A DNA stretch of 46,473 bases. Origin: Gemmatimonadales bacterium (GTDB lineage: Bacteria; Gemmatimonadota; Gemmatimonadetes; Gemmatimonadales; GWC2-71-9). Below the pieces are notes generated by a model. The model saw only the letters and a program-made list of their open reading frames with translations. It had not been told where the DNA came from and did no database searches. Made by a program: the position numbers and the translations under genes. Below, piece after piece: positions 8,581 through 17,253 of this stretch; within the stretch, counting starts at the first letter, position 1, and every line of letters starts with the position of its first letter. The stretch is taken from positions 1-46,473 of the forward strand of contig JBOHSA010000104.1 of the NCBI GenBank assembly GCA_050732995.1, given 5' to 3'.

Positions 8581-9627
8581 GTGCTCGGGCGGCTGTCGGA
8601 CCGCGTGGGCCGGCGGCCGGTGCTGCTGGTGACGATTCTATTCAGTTGCGCGGGGTACCTGATCTTCGCATTCGCGGGCTCGTACCCGGTGCTGTTCGTC
8701 GCCCGACTGATCTCCGGGTTCGCCGCCGGCAACATCTCGGCGGCGCAGGCGTACATCGCGGACGTCACCCCGGCGGCCGATCGCTCGCGGGCCATGGGCC
8801 TGATCGGAGTGGCGTTCGGCCTGGGGTTCACGCTAGGCCCGGGACTCGGCGGGTTGAGCGCGCACTACGGCGGCCCCACGGCGCCCGGGCTCGTGGCCGC
8901 GGCGCTGTCCCTCGTGAACTTCGGCTCGGTCTACCTGATCCTGCCCGAATCGCTCGGCCTCGAGCACCGGGTCGGGCGCAGCCTGTTCGACCTGGGCCAC
9001 CTGCGGGACGCGCTGGCGCGGCGCCGGCTGCGGCCCCTCATGCTCATCTGGCTCATCGTGCCATTTGCGTTCGCGGGCTACACGGTGGCCCTGCCGCTCT
9101 ACACGGGTGCGGCGTTCGGCTGGCGTGAGCGGGAGCTCGGCAGCTTCTTCACCCTGGTCGGTATCACGGCGGCCACCGTCCAGGGGTACGTGTTCGGACA
9201 ACTGGCGAAGCGCGTGCCCGACCGCACGCTCGTTGTCGTGGGGACCTTCGGGATGGTGCTGGGGATCGGCGTGGTGCCATTCCTGGGCAGCGCGGCCTCG
9301 ATCTACGGCTGGACGATCCTCTTGGCCTTTTCGAACAGCATCATGGCGCCGGCCACGAGCGGCCTGATCTCCAAGATCGCCGGCCCGACGGAGCAGGGGG
9401 CGATCCTGGGAGCGGCTCAGGCGTTCGGCGCGCTGGGCCGTTTTGCGGGCCCCGAGGCCGTGGGCGGGATGTACGACGGGTTCGGCTCCACGGCCGCGTT
9501 CCTGGGCGCCGCCCTGGTCATGGTGGTGGCGGGCCTGGCTTCCCTACAGATCGAGCCTCCAACCGTAAGTAAGGCTCCTGCAACGGGTCCGGGGCCTGGT
9601 GAGGGAGATCACGCCGGGGCGCCTTAA
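8581..9627 (+). CDS. MFS transporter (TCR/Tet-like family), apparently 5'-truncated (TM1-TM2 missing)
   Basis: The ORF begins exactly in MFS motif A (..APAV LGRLSDRVGRRPVLL), which normally lies between TM2 and TM3. About 10 hydrophobic helices follow. There is no upstream coding potential for TM1-2 in any frame. It is in frame with, and separated by a single TGA (8569-8571) from, the cytochrome-TPR gene. Confidence 0.7.
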   Translation: MLGRLSDRVGRRPVLLVTILFSCAGYLIFAFAGSYPVLFVARLISGFAAGNISAAQAYIADVTPAADRSRAMGLIGVAFGLGFTLGPGLGGLSAHYGGPTAPGLVAAALSLVNFGSVYLILPESLGLEHRVGRSLFDLGHLRDALARRRLRPLMLIWLIVPFAFAGYTVALPLYTGAAFGWRERELGSFFTLVGITAATVQGYVFGQLAKRVPDRTLVVVGTFGMVLGIGVVPFLGSAASIYGWTILLAFSNSIMAPATSGLISKIAGPTEQGAILGAAQAFGALGRFAGPEAVGGMYDGFGSTAAFLGAALVMVVAGLASLQIEPPTVSKAPATGPGPGEGDHAGAP

Positions 9628-9680
9628 CAGGGGTTAGGGTTGTTCGTCGAAGGTCCAGACCGCCATCTTTGGAGCAACCC

Positions 9681-10307
9681 ATGCGGATGAAACTCGCGGG
9701 CGCGCTCAGCGCCGCCCTCATCATCGCCGGATGTACCCAGGACCCCACGGCGCCGAGCGACGAGCTGGTCCTGGCGCAGCAGGCCCAGGACATCGCTCGG
9801 GACGTCGCCACCACGACCGAAACCAGCCATGAAAGCTGGCTGCGCCGCCTGTTCGAGGCGCTGCGCAACACGGACGACCCCGAAGCGCAGGCGTGCCTCG
9901 CGGAAGCCCGCGAGCTGCGCCAGCAGGCGCGCGCGGCCTTCGAGGCTGGCGATCGCGAGTTGGCGCGCCAGCTGCTGCATCAATCGTTCCTCAAGGTGCT
10001 GTGCGCAGTGGTCGAGGTCTTCCCCGACGCGCCCGAGCGGACCGGGCTCGCCGTGGACCAGGCGCTCGTCCGGATCGAGCAGCGGCTGGGCGACCGCGAT
10101 GCCCCGCGCATCCGCCGCATTCTGGCGCACGTGAAGGAGCTGCGGGCCCAGGCCGACCAGGCGCTGGCCGCGGGGAACAAGGTCGAGGCGTTGGCGCTGA
10201 ACCTCCGGGCCATCCAGATCCTGCACTGGCTGGTGAACCATATCCGCGAACGGCACGACGATCACGATCGCGTGGCCGACACGGAGATGGAAGGCGTGAG
10301 CTGGTAG
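9681..10307 (+). CDS. Hypothetical helical lipoprotein
   Basis: ATG at 9681 with GGAG 6 nt upstream. Signal peptide plus lipobox MRMKLAGALSAALIIAG|C. The rest is Ala/Glu/Arg/Leu-rich helical sequence. I recognise no family. Confidence 0.55.
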   Translation: MRMKLAGALSAALIIAGCTQDPTAPSDELVLAQQAQDIARDVATTTETSHESWLRRLFEALRNTDDPEAQACLAEARELRQQARAAFEAGDRELARQLLHQSFLKVLCAVVEVFPDAPERTGLAVDQALVRIEQRLGDRDAPRIRRILAHVKELRAQADQALAAGNKVEALALNLRAIQILHWLVNHIRERHDDHDRVADTEMEGVSW

Positions 10308-10360
10308 CTCACAGGACGAGCAACACCTAGACGCACAGACGCACCGTTGGTTGAGGTCAG

Positions 10361-10392
10361 CAGGGGTCGGGAAAGGCCATTCCCGGCCCCTG
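10361..10392 (+). terminator. Stem-loop downstream of the lipoprotein gene (candidate intrinsic terminator, weak U-tail)
   Basis: CAGGGGTCGGGAA-AGGCCA-TTCCCGGCCCCTG forms a 13-bp stem (one G-U pair) with a 6-nt loop, followed by TTCGCTG. Confidence 0.45.
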
Positions 10393-10468
10393 TTCGCTGC
10401 CGGTAGCCTAGCCACCCTCTCGCGCTCCCCTCATATTCCCGGTCCCCGATGCAGGAGTCCCCGCGCCA

Positions 10469-12577
10469 ATGCGCGTGTACAAGACACCGGAGATCCGCAA
10501 CGTGGCGGTCGTCGGCCACGGCGCGAGCGGGAAGACCTCTCTGGTCGACGCCCTCGCGTTCGTGGCCGGCACGAGCAAGCGCCACGGGTCGGTCAAGGAC
10601 GGCACCGCGCTCACCGATTACACCCCCGACGAAATCGAACGCAAGTACTCCATCAACCTGGCTCTCGCCGTGGCCGAGTGGATGGACACGAAGATCAACC
10701 TGATCGACACGCCGGGCTATCTCGACTTCACGGGAGACGCGCTGGCCGGCGTCCACGCGGCGGACGGGGCCGTCGTGGTGGTCTCGGCGACCGGTGGGGT
10801 CGAGGTGGGCACGGAGAAGATGTGGGACTACTGCGAGGACCGGGCCGTGCCGCGCCTGTTCTTCGTCTCCCTCATGGATAAGGAGCACGCGGACTTCGAG
10901 CGGGTCTTCTCCCAGGTGAAGGACCGGCTTACCCCCAAAGTGATCCCGGTGGAGATCCCGGTCGGCGAAGGGCCGGAGTTCCACGGGATCATCAACCTGT
11001 TTTCGAAGCAGTGCCACTTGTACAAGAAGGGGACCAAGGCGGGGGAGTATGAGGAAGTCGACGTGCCGGCGGAGTATCGGGGCCGCTTCGAGAAGTACTC
11101 GCAGGAGCTGATCGAGAGCATCGCCGCTACGGACGACACGCTGCTCGAGCGCTACCTCGGGGGCGAGGAGATCGGCCGGGACGAGGCGGTCGCCGCGATG
11201 AAAGCGGGGATGCTCCGCGGCGAGCTGTTCCCGCTGTTCTGCGGAGCCGCCGAGCTCACCTACGGGACGCGCGCGCTGCTGAGCAAGATGGTCGAGCTGT
11301 TCCCGGCGCCGTCCGAGCGGCCGCTGGTCGACGCGCAGAAGTGGGGCAGCGCCGAACGGCTCTCGCTCGCGGCCGACGACCGGGGGGGGGGGGGGCCCTT
11401 CGTGGCACAGGTGTTCAAGACCGTGTCCGAGCCGCACGTGGGGGACGTCACCTGCTTCCGGATCTACTCGGGCACCGTGAAAAGCGGCCAGGACGTCTAC
11501 AACGCCCCGCGCAACGCGACGGAGAAGCTCAACCACCTGTGCGTGGCGGTGGGGAAGGAGCGCACCGAGATCGCCGAGCTGCACGCGGGGGACATCGGGT
11601 GCGTGGCGAAGCTGCGCGACACGCACACCAACGACACGTTGTCGACCAAGGAGAACCCGATCGTCCTCCCGAAGATCCCGTTCCCCGAGCCGGTCATCAC
11701 GGTGGCGATCGAGGTGAAGCAACGGGGCGAGGAGGAGAAGCTCTCGAACGGCCTGCACAAGCTGCACGAAGAGGACCCCACGTTTCACCACGAGTACAAC
11801 GGCGAGCTGGGGCAGACGCTCATCCGGGGGCTCGGCGAGCGGCATCTCGAGATCGTGGTGGGCCGGCTCGCCCGCAAGTTCGGCGTGCACGCCCAGCTCG
11901 TGAAGCCGAAGATCGCCTACCGCGAGACGTTCCGCAGCAAGGCCGAGGGGCAGGGCAAGCACAAGAAGCAGACGGGCGGGCGGGGGCAGTATGGCGACTG
12001 CTGGATCCGCGTGGCGCCGCTGCCCCGCGGGTCGGGGTTCGTGTTCGACGACCAGATCGTGGGCGGCGTGATTCCCCGGCAGTACATCCCGGCGGTGGAG
12101 CGGGGGGTCGTGGAGGCCGCGCACCGCGGCCCGGTGGCGGGGTATCCGGTGGTCGACTTCAAGGTCGAGCTGTACGACGGCTCCTACCACGACGTCGACT
12201 CGAATGAGATGTCGTTCAAGATGGCCGGGATCCTGGCCTTCCGGAACGTGACGCCCAACGCCAAGCCCGTGCTGCTCGAGCCGATCCTGGAGCTCGAGGT
12301 GTGGACGCCGGACGACTATCAGGGCGCGGTGATGGGCGACATCTCCTCCCGCCGTGGCCAGATCCTCGGCACCGAGCCCGACGGCAAGCTGACCAAGGTC
12401 CGTGCCCTGGTGCCGGAGGCGGAGCTCGACCGCTACGCCACGAGCCTGCACTCGATTACGCACGGCCGCGGAACCTACCGCCAGAAGTTCCATATCTATC
12501 AGGAAGTGCCGCCCGACGTGGTGCACAAGATCGTGGAGACGCGGAAAAAGGAGTTGGAGGAAGCGAAGAAAGACTAA
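10469..12577 (+). CDS. Elongation factor G paralogue (EFG-II-like translational GTPase)
   Basis: Homology to EF-G runs the full length: P-loop GHGASGKTS, DTPGYLDF, domains II-V (e.g. VAQVFKTVSEPHVGDVTCFRIYSGTV; GGRGQYGDCWIRVAP; HDVDSNEMSFKMAG). The G4 motif is degenerate (SLMD instead of NKMD). AGGAG lies 11 nt upstream of the ATG. The gene contains a G14 homopolymer (11382-11395). Confidence 0.9.
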   Translation: MRVYKTPEIRNVAVVGHGASGKTSLVDALAFVAGTSKRHGSVKDGTALTDYTPDEIERKYSINLALAVAEWMDTKINLIDTPGYLDFTGDALAGVHAADGAVVVVSATGGVEVGTEKMWDYCEDRAVPRLFFVSLMDKEHADFERVFSQVKDRLTPKVIPVEIPVGEGPEFHGIINLFSKQCHLYKKGTKAGEYEEVDVPAEYRGRFEKYSQELIESIAATDDTLLERYLGGEEIGRDEAVAAMKAGMLRGELFPLFCGAAELTYGTRALLSKMVELFPAPSERPLVDAQKWGSAERLSLAADDRGGGGPFVAQVFKTVSEPHVGDVTCFRIYSGTVKSGQDVYNAPRNATEKLNHLCVAVGKERTEIAELHAGDIGCVAKLRDTHTNDTLSTKENPIVLPKIPFPEPVITVAIEVKQRGEEEKLSNGLHKLHEEDPTFHHEYNGELGQTLIRGLGERHLEIVVGRLARKFGVHAQLVKPKIAYRETFRSKAEGQGKHKKQTGGRGQYGDCWIRVAPLPRGSGFVFDDQIVGGVIPRQYIPAVERGVVEAAHRGPVAGYPVVDFKVELYDGSYHDVDSNEMSFKMAGILAFRNVTPNAKPVLLEPILELEVWTPDDYQGAVMGDISSRRGQILGTEPDGKLTKVRALVPEAELDRYATSLHSITHGRGTYRQKFHIYQEVPPDVVHKIVETRKKELEEAKKD
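11382..11395 (+). repeat. G14 homopolymer inside the EF-G paralogue (encodes RGGGGP)
   Basis: Counted directly: cgac-c-G14-ccc. The reading frame is maintained across it. Confidence 0.9.
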
Positions 12578-12588
12578 GGAGGAGCCCG

Positions 12589-13572
12589 ATGAGAGCGACG
12601 ACCCTCTGCACCGTCCTCGCGGCGGTGGCGGCGTGCCAGCCGGTGGAGCGACGGGCGGCCCAGCCGGTGGACACGGCGGCGGTCGCGTCCGACTCCGCCC
12701 CGCCCGCCTCCGCCGCTCCGGTCCCGGGACCAAGCGGCCCGGCCGCCACGAAGGTCGCCACGGTGCAGGGATTCCTCACGCCGGAATCCGCGCTGCACGA
12801 CACGCTCCAGGACGTCTATTTCGTCTCCAATATCAACGGCGGTCCGACCGCGAAGGACAACAACGGCTTCATCAGCCGGGTGAAGCCGGACGGCGCGGTC
12901 GAGAACCTCAAGTTTATCGAGGGCGGGCGCAACGGGGTCACCCTGAACGCGCCGAAAGGCCTGGCGCTGCAGGGCGACACCCTGTGGGTCACCGACATCG
13001 ACGTCGTGCGCGCGTTCAACGCGCGGACCGGGGCCCCGGTGGACAGCGTGAGCCTGAGCGCGCAGGGAGCGATCTTCCTCAACGACCTCGTCGTCGCCCA
13101 GACCGGCGCGCTCTATATCACCGACACCGCCATCCGGTTCGACGACGTGGGCAACATGCTGCACCCTGGCCCCGATCGGATCTTCCGCATCGGTCCGGAT
13201 CGGGCGGTGACCGTGGCCGTGCGGGGCGACACCCTCGGCCGGCCGAACGGCATCGCGGTGGACGCCGCGGGCAGGCGCTTCATTATCGTGTCGTTCGGGG
13301 CGAAGTCGGTATTCGCGTGGAAGCCGGGCGATCGGGCGCCGAGCGTGATCGCCAAGGGCGCGGGTCAGTTCGATGGCGTGGAGATCGCCGACGGCAAACT
13401 GCTCGTGTCGAGCTGGGCGGACTCGAGCGTCACGCGGTTCGACGGCGCCCAGGGGACGAAGCTGATCAGCGGGGTGCCCAGCCCGGCGGACATCGGCTAC
13501 GACGCGAAGCGGAAGCGGGTGCTGATTCCGGTGTTCACGGGCAACCGGCTGGAGGTGTGGCAGCTGCCTTGA
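12589..13572 (+). CDS. Beta-propeller lipoprotein (SMP-30/gluconolactonase/NHL-like)
   Basis: The ATG at 12589 is preceded by AAGGAGGAG. Lipoprotein signal MRATTLCTVLAAVAA|C. Propeller-like segments repeat (LWVTDIDVVRAF, ALYITDTAIRF, PNGIAVDAAG, GVEIADGKLLVSSW). The N-terminal 96 aa of track ORF 12301 overlaps the EF-G gene and is rejected. Confidence 0.65.
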   Translation: MRATTLCTVLAAVAACQPVERRAAQPVDTAAVASDSAPPASAAPVPGPSGPAATKVATVQGFLTPESALHDTLQDVYFVSNINGGPTAKDNNGFISRVKPDGAVENLKFIEGGRNGVTLNAPKGLALQGDTLWVTDIDVVRAFNARTGAPVDSVSLSAQGAIFLNDLVVAQTGALYITDTAIRFDDVGNMLHPGPDRIFRIGPDRAVTVAVRGDTLGRPNGIAVDAAGRRFIIVSFGAKSVFAWKPGDRAPSVIAKGAGQFDGVEIADGKLLVSSWADSSVTRFDGAQGTKLISGVPSPADIGYDAKRKRVLIPVFTGNRLEVWQLP

Positions 13573-13575
13573 CCG

Positions 13576-14652
13576 CTATCCCGTGAGAACCGGCTCCTCC
13601 ACCGGCTGCTTGTAGACGTACCGCTGCCCGGCGTAGTTCCGCAGCACGACGGCGTCGTCGGTGACGGATTCCACGTACTCGGGGAGCAGCGGGATCTTGC
13701 CCCCGCCGCCCGGGGCGTCGATCACGAAGTGCGGCACGGCGAGCCCCGAGGTCCAGCCGCGCAGCGCCTTGATGATCTCGAGGCCCTTCTCCACGGTCGT
13801 GCGGAAGTGCTCGGCCCCGGCCACCTGGTCGCATTGGTAGATGTAGTAGGGGCGCACGCGCGCGGCGAGCAGCTTCTGCATCAATGCCTTCATCACCTCG
13901 ACGTCGTCGTTCACGCCCCTGAGCAGCACCGTCTGGCAGCCGAGCGGGATCCCGGCGTCGGCCAGCCTCCCCAGCGCCCGGACCGCGGCCGGCGTCAGCT
14001 CGTCGGGGTGGTTGAAGTGGGTGTTGATGTAGAGCGGGTGGTAGCGCCGCAGGACGTCGCACAGCTCGGGCGTGATCCGCTCGGGGAGGTGGCAGGGAAT
14101 GCGGCTGCCGATCCGAATGATCTCGAGGTGGGGGATCGCGCGGAGGCGTCGCAGGATTTCGTCGATCCGCCGGTCGGAGAGCAGCAGCGGGTCGCCGCCC
14201 GACAGGATCACGTCGCGGATCTCGCGGTGCTCCTCGAGATAGCGGAACGCCGAGTCGAGCTGCGCCAGCGGGATCTTTCCGGGATCGCCCACCTTGCGCC
14301 GCCGCGTGCAGAAGCGGCAATAGGAGGCGCACACCGGTGAGACCAGGAACAGCGCCCGGTCGGGGTAGCGGTGGGTGATGTTGGGCACCGGCGAGTCGGC
14401 GTCTTCGTTCAGCGAATCCACCAGCCCATCCCGGACCTCGAGCTCCTGCACCGTAGGGACGTACTGGCGCCAGATCGGGTCGTCCGGTGATTGGATCAAG
14501 TCGACCATCGCCGGCGAGATCCGAAACTCGAAGTTCTCGGCCGCCAGCCGGAGGCGGTCGAGGTCCGGGAAGCGCTCGGGCCCGAACCGCGCCGCCAGCG
14601 CCTCGAGGGACGCGATGCTCTTCCTACGAAGCAGTTCCTGCCAGGACTCCAT
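13576..14652 (-). CDS. KamA-family radical SAM aminomutase (lysine 2,3-aminomutase-like)
   Basis: The radical SAM cluster motif CASYCRFCTRRR is present. KamA hallmarks are also present: VRPYYIYQCD...EHFRT and VIDAPGGGGKIPL. At 358 aa it is the short form, close in size to EpmB/AblA. It is the last gene of a 4-gene minus-strand unit. Confidence 0.9.
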   Translation of the reverse strand: MESWQELLRRKSIASLEALAARFGPERFPDLDRLRLAAENFEFRISPAMVDLIQSPDDPIWRQYVPTVQELEVRDGLVDSLNEDADSPVPNITHRYPDRALFLVSPVCASYCRFCTRRRKVGDPGKIPLAQLDSAFRYLEEHREIRDVILSGGDPLLLSDRRIDEILRRLRAIPHLEIIRIGSRIPCHLPERITPELCDVLRRYHPLYINTHFNHPDELTPAAVRALGRLADAGIPLGCQTVLLRGVNDDVEVMKALMQKLLAARVRPYYIYQCDQVAGAEHFRTTVEKGLEIIKALRGWTSGLAVPHFVIDAPGGGGKIPLLPEYVESVTDDAVVLRNYAGQRYVYKQPVEEPVLTG

Positions 14653-15124
14653 GCGTCAGGTCCTCGGTGTAGAGCACCAGGTCGTCGCCGGGCGCGTAAT
14701 ACCCCGGAATGGTCGCCGCCCTGGTGAAGCCGCGCCGCTGATAAAACGCGCGGGTCGCGGCGTAGTCGGGGCGCGACGACGTCTCCACGACGATCAGCCG
14801 GGCGCCGTCCGCCAGGAGCCGGCGCTCGACTTCCCCGAGCAGCGCGGCCCCGACGCCGGTGCGCTGCCGGGCCGGATCCACCACGAGCCAGTAGAGGTCG
14901 TTCGTCCCTTCGGTGCCCGGCGTCGGGCCCCAACAGGCGTACCCCACGAGCTCGTCGCCGGCATAGGCGCCGACGAAGCGGTAGTCGTCCTCGCCGGCGA
15001 GCGCCTCGTCCAGCAGCTCGACCGCGGTGGCCACCTCGGCGTCGCGGAAGACGCCCGTGGCCCGGGTCAGCGCCTCAAGCCGTGCGCGTTGCGCGCGGCC
15101 GACGGGGCGCAGCGAACAGGTCAC
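14624..15124 (-). CDS. GNAT family N-acetyltransferase
   Basis: Acetyl-CoA binding motif QRTGVGAALL and a ...FYQRRGF... tail. A GTG start at 15124 (or 15139) is inferred. The gene overlaps the upstream ATP-grasp gene by about 50 nt and the KamA gene by 29 nt. Confidence 0.75.
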   Translation of the reverse strand: MTCSLRPVGRAQRARLEALTRATGVFRDAEVATAVELLDEALAGEDDYRFVGAYAGDELVGYACWGPTPGTEGTNDLYWLVVDPARQRTGVGAALLGEVERRLLADGARLIVVETSSRPDYAATRAFYQRRGFTRAATIPGYYAPGDDLVLYTEDLTHGVLAGTAS

Positions 15125-16094
15125 GGGCGGCCCTGGCACCCTGGGCCTCGCGCAGCGCCACCTCGGCGATCCGCCGCACGAGTTCCGGGTAGTCCCAGCC
15201 GGCCGCTCGCCCCATGCGCGACAGGCCGGCGTCGTCGTTCAGGTCGGGGTTCGGGTTCACTTCCAGCAACCAGGCCTGCCCGGCGTCGTCCACCCGCAGG
15301 TCCACGCGGCCGTACCCGTCCCCGCGCAGCGTCCGCCACGCCGCCTCGGCGACCCGGGTCAGCCGATCGGCGAGCCGCTGGGGAACGGTCGGGGGACAAA
15401 TCGGCACGCTCCCGAGATCCTCGGGTGAGCCGGCGTGCCACTTCGCCGCATAGGTCAGAATCGGCCAGCTGCCCTCCGGCATCCCGGCGAAGTCGATCTC
15501 CGAGATGGGGAGCGTGCGGGTGCCGACGAAGCCGACGTTGAATTCGCGTCCCGGGACGTACGCCTGCACCATGACTTCGTCGAACTGCTCGGTCATCGCC
15601 GCGACCCGGGCGCGCAGCGCCTTGCGGTCGGTCACGATGGAGGTCCGATCGAGGCCCGCGCTGGCGTCCTCCGCGGCGGGCTTCACGATGGCGGGCAGCG
15701 GGAAATCCTCCTCGATCTTCCCCTGGGCGACGCTCCACCGGGGGATCGGGAGACCGGCCTGCTGGAGGATGGCGTTGGCGATCGGCTTGCGGCGGCAGAC
15801 GGCGAGCGTCCACAGGCCGCACCCCGTGTAGGGGATGCCCGCGAACTCGAGCGTGCCGACCACGTGCTCTTCCCACTGGGAGACGCCGTGGACCCCCTCG
15901 CACAGGTTGAACACGAGGTCCGCCTTGCGACAGGCGTCGAACCACCGCATGTCGTGCCGCACCGGCACTTTCCGGACGTCGTGGCCCAGGGCGCCGAAGA
16001 TCCGGGCGATCTCGTTCACAGCCCGTAGCACCCCGGCGATGTCCTCGGGCGTCCAGTCGTCGGCCCCGGGATCGTACAGGACGACGAGCTTCAC
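15075..16094 (-). CDS. D-alanine--D-alanine-ligase-like ATP-grasp enzyme (339 aa)
   Basis: Ddl-like layout (VKLVVLYD..., FNLCEGVHG, IVKPAAEDASAGL, VQAYVPGREFNVG, GYGRVDLRVDDAGQAWLLEVNPNPDL). The GTG at 16094-16092 overlaps the TGA of the upstream paralogue (GTGA). The longer track ORFs (to 16475/16149) are Arg/Pro-rich artefacts. Confidence 0.8.
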   Translation of the reverse strand: MKLVVLYDPGADDWTPEDIAGVLRAVNEIARIFGALGHDVRKVPVRHDMRWFDACRKADLVFNLCEGVHGVSQWEEHVVGTLEFAGIPYTGCGLWTLAVCRRKPIANAILQQAGLPIPRWSVAQGKIEEDFPLPAIVKPAAEDASAGLDRTSIVTDRKALRARVAAMTEQFDEVMVQAYVPGREFNVGFVGTRTLPISEIDFAGMPEGSWPILTYAAKWHAGSPEDLGSVPICPPTVPQRLADRLTRVAEAAWRTLRGDGYGRVDLRVDDAGQAWLLEVNPNPDLNDDAGLSRMGRAAGWDYPELVRRIAEVALREAQGARAARDLFAAPRRPRATRTA

Positions 16095-17176
16095 GCCAGC
16101 GCCTCCACCGGGCGGAGCTGGCCCGGCGCCGGAGACAGCCGGCGCACACGGAGCTCGGCGCGGGTCAGCCGTCGCCACGCGATGCGGACGACGTCCTGGA
16201 TCAGCTCGTCGTAGGTCAGGCCCGCTGCGCGTGCGGCCTTCGGGAAGCACGAGTTCATCGCCGGGTCGGGAATGATCCCGGGCAGGGGGTTCAGCTCGAC
16301 GATGTTGGGAACCCCGAAGCGATCGACCCGCACGTCCACCCGGCACCAATCGCGGCAGCCGAGGACGTGGTAGGAGTCGAGTGCGACGCGCTCGATCTCG
16401 CGGCTCAACGCGGGCGGGGCCTGGGCCGGGCACTGGAAGATGGCCAGGGGCCGCTCGGGCGTGTCCCACACCCACTTCGCCTCATAGCCGTAGACCGGCG
16501 TTGCGCCGGCGGGCAACGTGCTGAAGTCGAATCCGATCACCGGCAGGCAATGCGCCTCGGCGTCGTTGCCCATGATGGCCACGGTGAACTCGGGCCCGGG
16601 GAGATACGTCTCGACGAGGACCGGCTGGGCGTAGTGCTCCAGGAGGAAGAGCGTGCGCTCGCGCAGCTGCCCGACGTGCTCGCACAAGTTGTTGTCGAAT
16701 ATCCCCTTACCAGACCCCTCCGCGACCGGTTTGACGAACAGCGGGTAGGGGAGACTCACCCGTTCGATGTCCGACGCCCGCTCGATGAGGCTGAACGGGG
16801 CGGTGGGGACGCCGCGGTAGGCGAGGATCTCTTTGGTGCGGCCCTTGTGCAGCGACAGCGCGAGTGTGAGCGGGTCGCTGCCGGTGTATGGGATGCCGAG
16901 GTACTCGCAGATCGCGGGAACGTGGGACTCGCGGTTCAGCCCGTGGAGCCCCTCCGCCATGTTGAAGACGATGTCGGGCTGCGCGAGGGCGAGTTTCTGG
17001 GGGAAGAGCGCGTCGGCTTCGAGGCGGACGACTCTGCCGAAGAACCCGAGAGCCTGCTCCACCGCGCTGATGGTGGATGGGTCGTCCCACTCGGCGTAGA
17101 CGTCGCTGCTCCTCGCAGGCTCGTCGAGCGAGCGGCCCGGATCGGGTTTCTCGTTGTACGCGAGACCGATGCGCAT
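16091..17176 (-). CDS. D-alanine--D-alanine-ligase-like ATP-grasp enzyme (361 aa)
   Basis: MRIGLAYNEK..., FNMAEGLHG, LFVKPVAEGSGKGI, VETYLPGPEFTVAI, DWCRVDVRVDRFGVPNIVELNPLPG. It is a paralogue of the downstream gene. Confidence 0.85.
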   Translation of the reverse strand: MRIGLAYNEKPDPGRSLDEPARSSDVYAEWDDPSTISAVEQALGFFGRVVRLEADALFPQKLALAQPDIVFNMAEGLHGLNRESHVPAICEYLGIPYTGSDPLTLALSLHKGRTKEILAYRGVPTAPFSLIERASDIERVSLPYPLFVKPVAEGSGKGIFDNNLCEHVGQLRERTLFLLEHYAQPVLVETYLPGPEFTVAIMGNDAEAHCLPVIGFDFSTLPAGATPVYGYEAKWVWDTPERPLAIFQCPAQAPPALSREIERVALDSYHVLGCRDWCRVDVRVDRFGVPNIVELNPLPGIIPDPAMNSCFPKAARAAGLTYDELIQDVVRIAWRRLTRAELRVRRLSPAPGQLRPVEALA

Positions 17177-17253
17177 GTGGTCTCGGGCTACCTCCTACAA
17201 AAAAGGCCGCTGAGTCGGGCGGTCTGGACGACTGCAACGTGCTGTCGCGTATC

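Noticed and set aside
6273-9128. 951-aa + strand ORF, and the 755-aa minus-strand ORF 6040..8307, overlapping the multihaem cytochrome and MFS genes
   Set aside because: Their translations are Arg/Gly/Pro/Ala-rich low-complexity sequence typical of off-frame reading in 70% GC DNA. The frame containing eight CxxCH motifs and TPR repeats, and the MFS frame, are clearly the real ones.
10262-12733. 823-aa minus-strand ORF antisense to the EF-G paralogue
   Set aside because: It is an antisense shadow ORF. It has no recognisable domains, a skewed R/G/H/L composition, and the opposite strand has full-length EF-G homology.
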